Under the pieces are notes generated by a model, which made no database searches, was not told the DNA's origin, and saw nothing but the letters and a program-made list of their open reading frames with translations. The position numbers and the translations under genes were made by a program. From assembly GCA_964016885.1 (NCBI GenBank), contig CAXHJY010000641.1, forward strand, positions 1 through 64,000: DNA of 64,000 bases. The letters are read 5' to 3'. Within the stretch, counting starts at the first letter, position 1; every line of letters starts with the position of its first letter. The DNA is from Eledone cirrhosa. Its lineage: Eukaryota. This document shows positions 58,839 through 64,000 of this stretch, piece by piece.

Positions 58839-58910
<72 letters not shown>

Positions 58911-58912
<2 letters not shown>

Positions 58913-59209
58913 GGAACGAGTAGGACCCCGACGGCTGAGCTCAAGCCGTTATATATATATATAGGAACGAGTAGGACCCCGACGGCTGAGCTCAAGCCGT
59001 TATATATATATATAGGAACGAGTAGGACCCCGACGGCTGAGCTCAAGCCGTTTCGACGGCTAATTCTAGACTAAAATTTTAGTCCAGAATTAGACGGCTT
59101 GAGCTCAGCCGTCGGGGTCCTACTCGTTCCTATTACCCACTCTACTACCCTAAGTATTGAGTACTTTGGTGCGTTTTGGTCCACCTCGTTCCTTACCACA
59201 TTTCCTTCG

Positions 59210-59212
<3 letters not shown>
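58911..59212 (+). mobile_element. Fold-back PLE-end remnant, family A, with a triplicated left terminus
   Basis: taggaacgagtaggaccccgacggctgagctcaagccgtt occurs three times, separated by short (AT)n, followed by the inverted arm and tail. Confidence 0.85.
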
Positions 59213-59267
<55 letters not shown>

Positions 59268-59452
59268 CCTTTGTTTACGTGTCCCAACGACTTTTTTTAG
59301 CCGTTGTTCGCACCAACCTGAGGCATATGGCCCTTAAAGCGATGAAATGCCTGGGACGGTTGGAGGGTCACTGATGAAGGACTCACTTTTTCACATGCCC
59401 CACCATTTGCAACGGGCAGCCTATTATTTTCATATATATATATATATATTTC

Positions 59453-59556
<104 letters not shown>

Positions 59557-59589
59557 CGTACTCAGTTCTTGGCGGAAGCAGAGAGAGAA

Positions 59590-59629
<40 letters not shown>

Positions 59630-59711
59630 GAGAGGAGGGGAGATATACCTAAAACGCACCTAGTGACAACGACAAATTGAATAAATGAATGTGTATATAA
59701 ATATGTGTGTC

Positions 59712-59759
<48 letters not shown>

Positions 59760-59863
59760 ACAATAATTCAGTGTTTACAGATGTTTTTTATTAGGAACCA
59801 GACTGACTTATGAATTTTGATGTGTGTATATGTGTAAATTTGTTTACTTACACATACACACGC

Positions 59864-59901
<38 letters not shown>

Positions 59902-60005
59902 GGGGAAGAGAGAGATACATCTATATACATGCATACGTATACACACACACATATATACTTACATACATTCGTATATATATATATATATTTACGTACACCC
60001 GTGTG

Positions 60006-60046
<41 letters not shown>

Positions 60047-60136
60047 CATGCGTATACAATAAAATAAAATATCTGAATATTTTATACAATAAGGAGAAAG
60101 CACTCGACGTTGTACGTATCATCCAGGAATTCAGAT

Positions 60137-60159
60137 ATCTCGGGAATTTTACCCGCCTT

Positions 60160-60162
<3 letters not shown>
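60137..60162 (+). mobile_element. RTE-X LINE extreme 3' end
   Basis: atctcgggaattttacccgccttag(AT)n matches 37855-37879. Confidence 0.7.
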
Positions 60163-60198
<36 letters not shown>

Positions 60199-60235
60199 TG
60201 TGTGTGTGTGTGTGTGTATATCTTTTATCGCATCA

Positions 60236-60325
60236 CCAGTCTGAGGAGCAGATCGATACTGGAGTCGGGTCCATAACTTCTATGTGTCACCTTGAGCCAA
60301 TCTTCTGCGGAATGCGCGTAACAGG
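60236..60325 (+). other. Degenerate hammerhead motif in a (TA)n-flanked insert
   Basis: ccagt CTGAGGA gcaga..tctgc GGAA tgcgcg TA acagg. Confidence 0.45.
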
Positions 60326-60376
60326 CCCATACGCAATAAATATTTTTCATATGAAACGAAACTTCCTCATTTTTTC

Positions 60377-60413
<37 letters not shown>

Positions 60414-60461
60414 TATAGATAGGTAAATATACACGGGTGTGTATGATTGTGTATAGAAGAT

Positions 60462-60747
60462 TATATTAATAAGAGGAATTCCAACTTCGTCTGATTTACT
60501 CGTTTTATTTACAATCCTTTAAAATATATATAATGGTATTATAATGAAATAGTATGATAGAATATTATAATGAAATAGTATGATAGAATATTAAATTCTA
60601 AGTGTTAATTGACACTTAGAATTTAATATTCTATCATACTATTTCATTATAATATTCTATCATACTATTTCATTATAATACCATTATATATATTTTAAAG
60701 GATTGTAAATAAAACGAGTAAATCAGACGAAGTTGGAATTCCTCTTA

Positions 60748-60755
<8 letters not shown>
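60462..60755. repeat. Near-perfect ~290-bp palindrome
   Basis: Arms of ~145 bp with centre aagtgttaattgacactt. An internal 26-bp direct duplication is mirrored in both arms. Confidence 0.9.
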
Positions 60756-60831
<76 letters not shown>

Positions 60832-61307
60832 TAAATGTCCGTCTTACCTTTGTATTTGTAATGCATGAAAATTATTTTGAATTTATATTCTCAAGACTGT
60901 TTTTCAAACTATCATATAATAGACATCACACCGCCCGGTCTGTCTTCTTATCTCCCATCTTACCAACACTTCAGCGTCCTTCTTTCTCAGTACGTTGGAC
61001 AACAGTCCTTAATATTCTCTTGTCTTACTATTTCACACCTATCTATATATTTTTCTCCCTTAGCTAACCCCTCTCACACACAGTTCTCTCCCTTCTTTGG
61101 CAGTTGAGGGACTTGTGATGCTTTTTCTTCTATATTTGTGTCATTCACCTAAAGGTATAACTCGTCTCTACTTGTTTTGTCATGTCTCAATATACACTGG
61201 AATGAGTCGTATCGACCTTAATGAAACCGAAACTGTCATAATTTCCAGAGGTTAGCTGAAGAAATGGGACTTTCTGTTCTTCCGTTATTTTTTCCTTTGT
61301 CTTTGTC

Positions 61308-61379
<72 letters not shown>

Positions 61380-61394
61380 TGTCAATACGATAAC

Positions 61395-61485
61395 AGAAGT
61401 CTGACGAGCTTTTTATTCCGGGGTCAAGTCAGATCGATACAGATCGAGCCTCGAGCTAATCAATAGCGAAACGCGCGTCACATCT
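61395..61485 (+). ncRNA. Type I hammerhead motif with extended stem II and palindromic stem III
   Basis: agaagt CTGACGA gct..(~54 nt)..agc GAAA cgcgc GTC acatct. Confidence 0.7.
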
Positions 61486-61570
61486 CATTAAATGTAATGA
61501 AGATCTAATACATCGTCCTTATATATATATGATATATATGTGTGTATATATGTTTGTATATATATATACA

Positions 61571-62177
61571 TGTCAGGTCACCAGTTGGTGCTACTGGTAA
61601 CATGTATCCCAGTACAACCTGTCTCATGGTCGGGTCGTTGGCGACTAAACTGGCAACCCCACCAAGGTTTCTTGGTGAGGAGGGTGACTTTGGACATCCT
61701 GCAGGACTAAAAACAAAACCTGTGAAAGGGCAAAGGAGCTCTTACGAGTTAATGGCCATCCAAAACCACCGGGAGAGATGACCCCTTAGCCTTTGTCAAG
61801 GCAGAATTCTAGGAGAAGGAAAACTCTGATATAACACCTGCAACCCTGATGGTATCCAATGATGTTGACTTGTTCTTCTTTTTGGTAAATATCATCTTGG
61901 TTAAGAGAGTGGGACTGGCTTTGTGCAGTGCCTTTGCTCACTATAAAAGCTTCACGGCACAGGCATTGCTTTATATCTGGAGATCTCTCTGCACTTGTCG
62001 TCACATGGTACCATGGGCCCAGCAGTATGTGTCAATAAATGTCACAAGTGTAGTGTTTGTACCAGAGTTTTCAAGTCGCTGGCTGGACTAAAAAGTCACA
62101 CTCGTTCAGCGCATCGGTAGGGGTTCTCCTACATGGATATAAAGTAGTGGCCGTACTCGAAAACGAGTTGGCAGCCA

Positions 62178-62180
<3 letters not shown>
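61571..62180 (+). mobile_element. Internally deleted (bipartite) RTE-clade element: 5'UTR-like part plus C-terminal C2H2 zinc finger and 3' end
   Basis: 62043-62120 translates HKCSVCTRVFKSLAGLKSHTRSAHR*. The 3' stem-loop ctcgaaaacgag is followed by (AT)n. No RT or endonuclease sequence lies in between. Confidence 0.65.
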
Positions 62181-62239
<59 letters not shown>

Positions 62240-62329
62240 TAATTCAAGAAAGAAGAGTGACATGGTTGGCTTTACAATAAGGGTTTTATTCACTATGCTG
62301 GATTACCTATTACAATAAGTTGTTATCCC

Positions 62330-62396
<67 letters not shown>

Positions 62397-62574
62397 TATT
62401 AAATTGTTAAACAATATTCGATGATTATGTCAAAGAATGAATTTTTACAGTAGATTGGAAGCACTCAACGGCAAATAAATTTTCAGGAGTTATTAATATA
62501 AGTATTAATAAAATAGATGTTCTTTTGATCAATTACATTTTATTATATATATATATATATATATATATATCTTT

Positions 62575-62831
62575 CTAAGGCGGGTAAAATTCCCGAGATC
62601 CATGGACGAGTTCTCTCCAGCGGTCTCTGTCCCTCATTATCGCTGCCATGTCCTGCGTCTCCAACAGACCAGTGTCTGGCCTTAGGGCATCAACATACGT
62701 TTACCTTGGTCTTCCTCTTCTAGTGTGTCCATGTAGGGGCTCCCAAAGGGGCACTGAATGCAGTGTCAACTCTGGATGTCGGTGAGCATGTCCAGCTAAC
62801 CTCAGTCTCCTCTGTGTCACTTTTGAGCTGA
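62575..62831 (-). pseudogene. RTE-X LINE 3' fragment, second copy
   Basis: Reverse complement of 37623-37879. Confidence 0.9.
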
Positions 62832-62854
62832 TATATCGTTATATATATATATAA

Positions 62855-62987
62855 AACATAGGAAATGTGGTAAGGAACCAGGTGGACCATAACGCACCAA
62901 AGTGCTCAATACTTAGGGTAGTAGAGTGGGTAATAGAATTAGCCGTCGAAACGGCTTGACCTCAGCCGTCGGGGTCCTACTCGTTCC

Positions 62988-62990
<3 letters not shown>
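62855..62990 (-). mobile_element. Family A PLE-end remnant (rearranged fold-back)
   Basis: Reverse tail joined directly to the forward arm ending gttcctat(AT)n. Confidence 0.75.
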
Positions 62991-63077
<87 letters not shown>

Positions 63078-63124
63078 CATGAGAGCGTACCAAAGTTTTG
63101 GTACTCTTGAAATATATATAATAG

Positions 63125-63245
63125 AATAAATATGGTTTTATAAATATAGTTTCCATTTATTTAATATCATTGATATTATACTCCAGAAAACTGTCGAGTG
63201 CTTCGAATCAGTTATAAACATATATATTTGTTGAATTACCAACAA
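63125..63245 (+). mobile_element. Family B PLE-end fragment
   Basis: aataaatatggttttataaatatagtttccattt..gtcgagtgcttc..atcagttataaa. Confidence 0.65.
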
Positions 63246-63280
63246 ATTGAATATCCCTTTTGCTTATATATATATATATA

Positions 63281-63542
63281 CGTGGTCGGGTCAATAATCT
63301 CTAATATTCGGTATGAAAAGAAAAAGCTAGAACATTCAAACGAATTTTATTTGAAAATACATTCAATACTAGTAAAGAAAACATTAATAAAGTTATTTTT
63401 CAATGTAGCTTCCATTGTTTACAACCATCTTTCGCCATCTTACCAGTAATTCTTCAAACGCCGCTTTGAAAAATAAATCGTCCAAAGAGTTCAAATATTC
63501 ATTAACAAAATTTTTGAGTTCCTCTCCAGTTGCAAAGTGTGT
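63281..63542 (-). pseudogene. Mariner transposase C-terminal remnant with TIR
   Basis: HFATGEELKNFVNEYLNSLDDLFFKAAFEELLVRWRKMVVNNGSYIEK* fits the mariner L..RW......G.Y.E C-terminus. The terminus is TA|cgtggtcgggtcaataa. Confidence 0.85.
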
Positions 63543-63559
63543 AGCAGTTATATTTAATG

Positions 63560-63770
63560 TGTTGGGATACAACAAGCAAATATTTTTATAACTGATATAA
63601 AGCACTCAACAAATTTTTGGATTAAAAATACAATATATTAACAAATGGAAACTATATTTATAAAACCATATTTATTTCATTATACATATTTCAAGGCTTT
63701 GGTGTCCTTGAAATATGTATAATGAAATAATTATGGTTTTATAAATATAGTTTCCATTTGTTAATATATC

Positions 63771-63775
<5 letters not shown>
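63560..63775 (-). mobile_element. Fold-back PLE-end remnant, family B
   Basis: Inverted arms around aagg-ctttggtgt-cctt, homologous to 18280-18622. Confidence 0.8.
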
Positions 63776-63831
<56 letters not shown>

Positions 63832-63835
<4 letters not shown>

Positions 63836-63944
63836 AACGAGTAGGACCCCGACGGCTGAGCTCAAGCCGTTTCGACGGCTAATTCTGGATTGAGTACTTT
63901 GGTGCGTTATGGTCCATCTGGTTCCTTACCACATTTCCTTCGTT
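63832..63944 (+). mobile_element. Family A PLE-end remnant
   Basis: Inverted arm joined to ttgagtactttggtgcg..ccttcgtt(AT)n. Confidence 0.8.
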
Positions 63945-63969
63945 ATATATTTATATATATATATATATG

Positions 63970-64000
<31 letters not shown>

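Noticed and set aside
60840-61310. Possible PLE GIY-YIG C-terminus with degenerate hammerhead near 61196-61240
   Set aside because: The protein similarity and ribozyme core are too degraded to support a call.

Overview
Repeat-dominated eukaryotic genomic DNA, with no host protein-coding gene that I can support. The SINE carrying GATAAAATAAAGTACCAGT and the very dense (TA)n/(CA)n/(GA)n/(ACC)n microsatellites point to an octopod cephalopod (inference). Nearly all long ORFs in the track are microsatellite translations. Between the simple repeats are: about 13 copies of a tRNA-derived Nin-type SINE; RTE-clade and L1/Tx1-clade LINE 3' ends; a hAT MITE with TIRs and an 8-bp TSD; hATm and mariner transposase remnants; a non-autonomous Helitron; and minisatellites of 84, 77, 88, 42, 40, 183 and ~245 bp, several derived from retroposon 3' ends. 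The most notable pattern is a population of about 25 short (100-500 bp) inserts embedded in (TA)n. Many carry minimal type I hammerhead ribozyme cores, many are fold-back (inverted) structures with one arm extended by a fixed tail, and unrelated families share a TTGAGT(A/G)CTT-like motif near the 3' end. I read these as highly truncated (AT)n-targeted Penelope-like element (PLE) ends. A convergent pair of tRNA-like Pol III units inside the hAT MITE and three CpG/TF-motif islands also merit follow-up.
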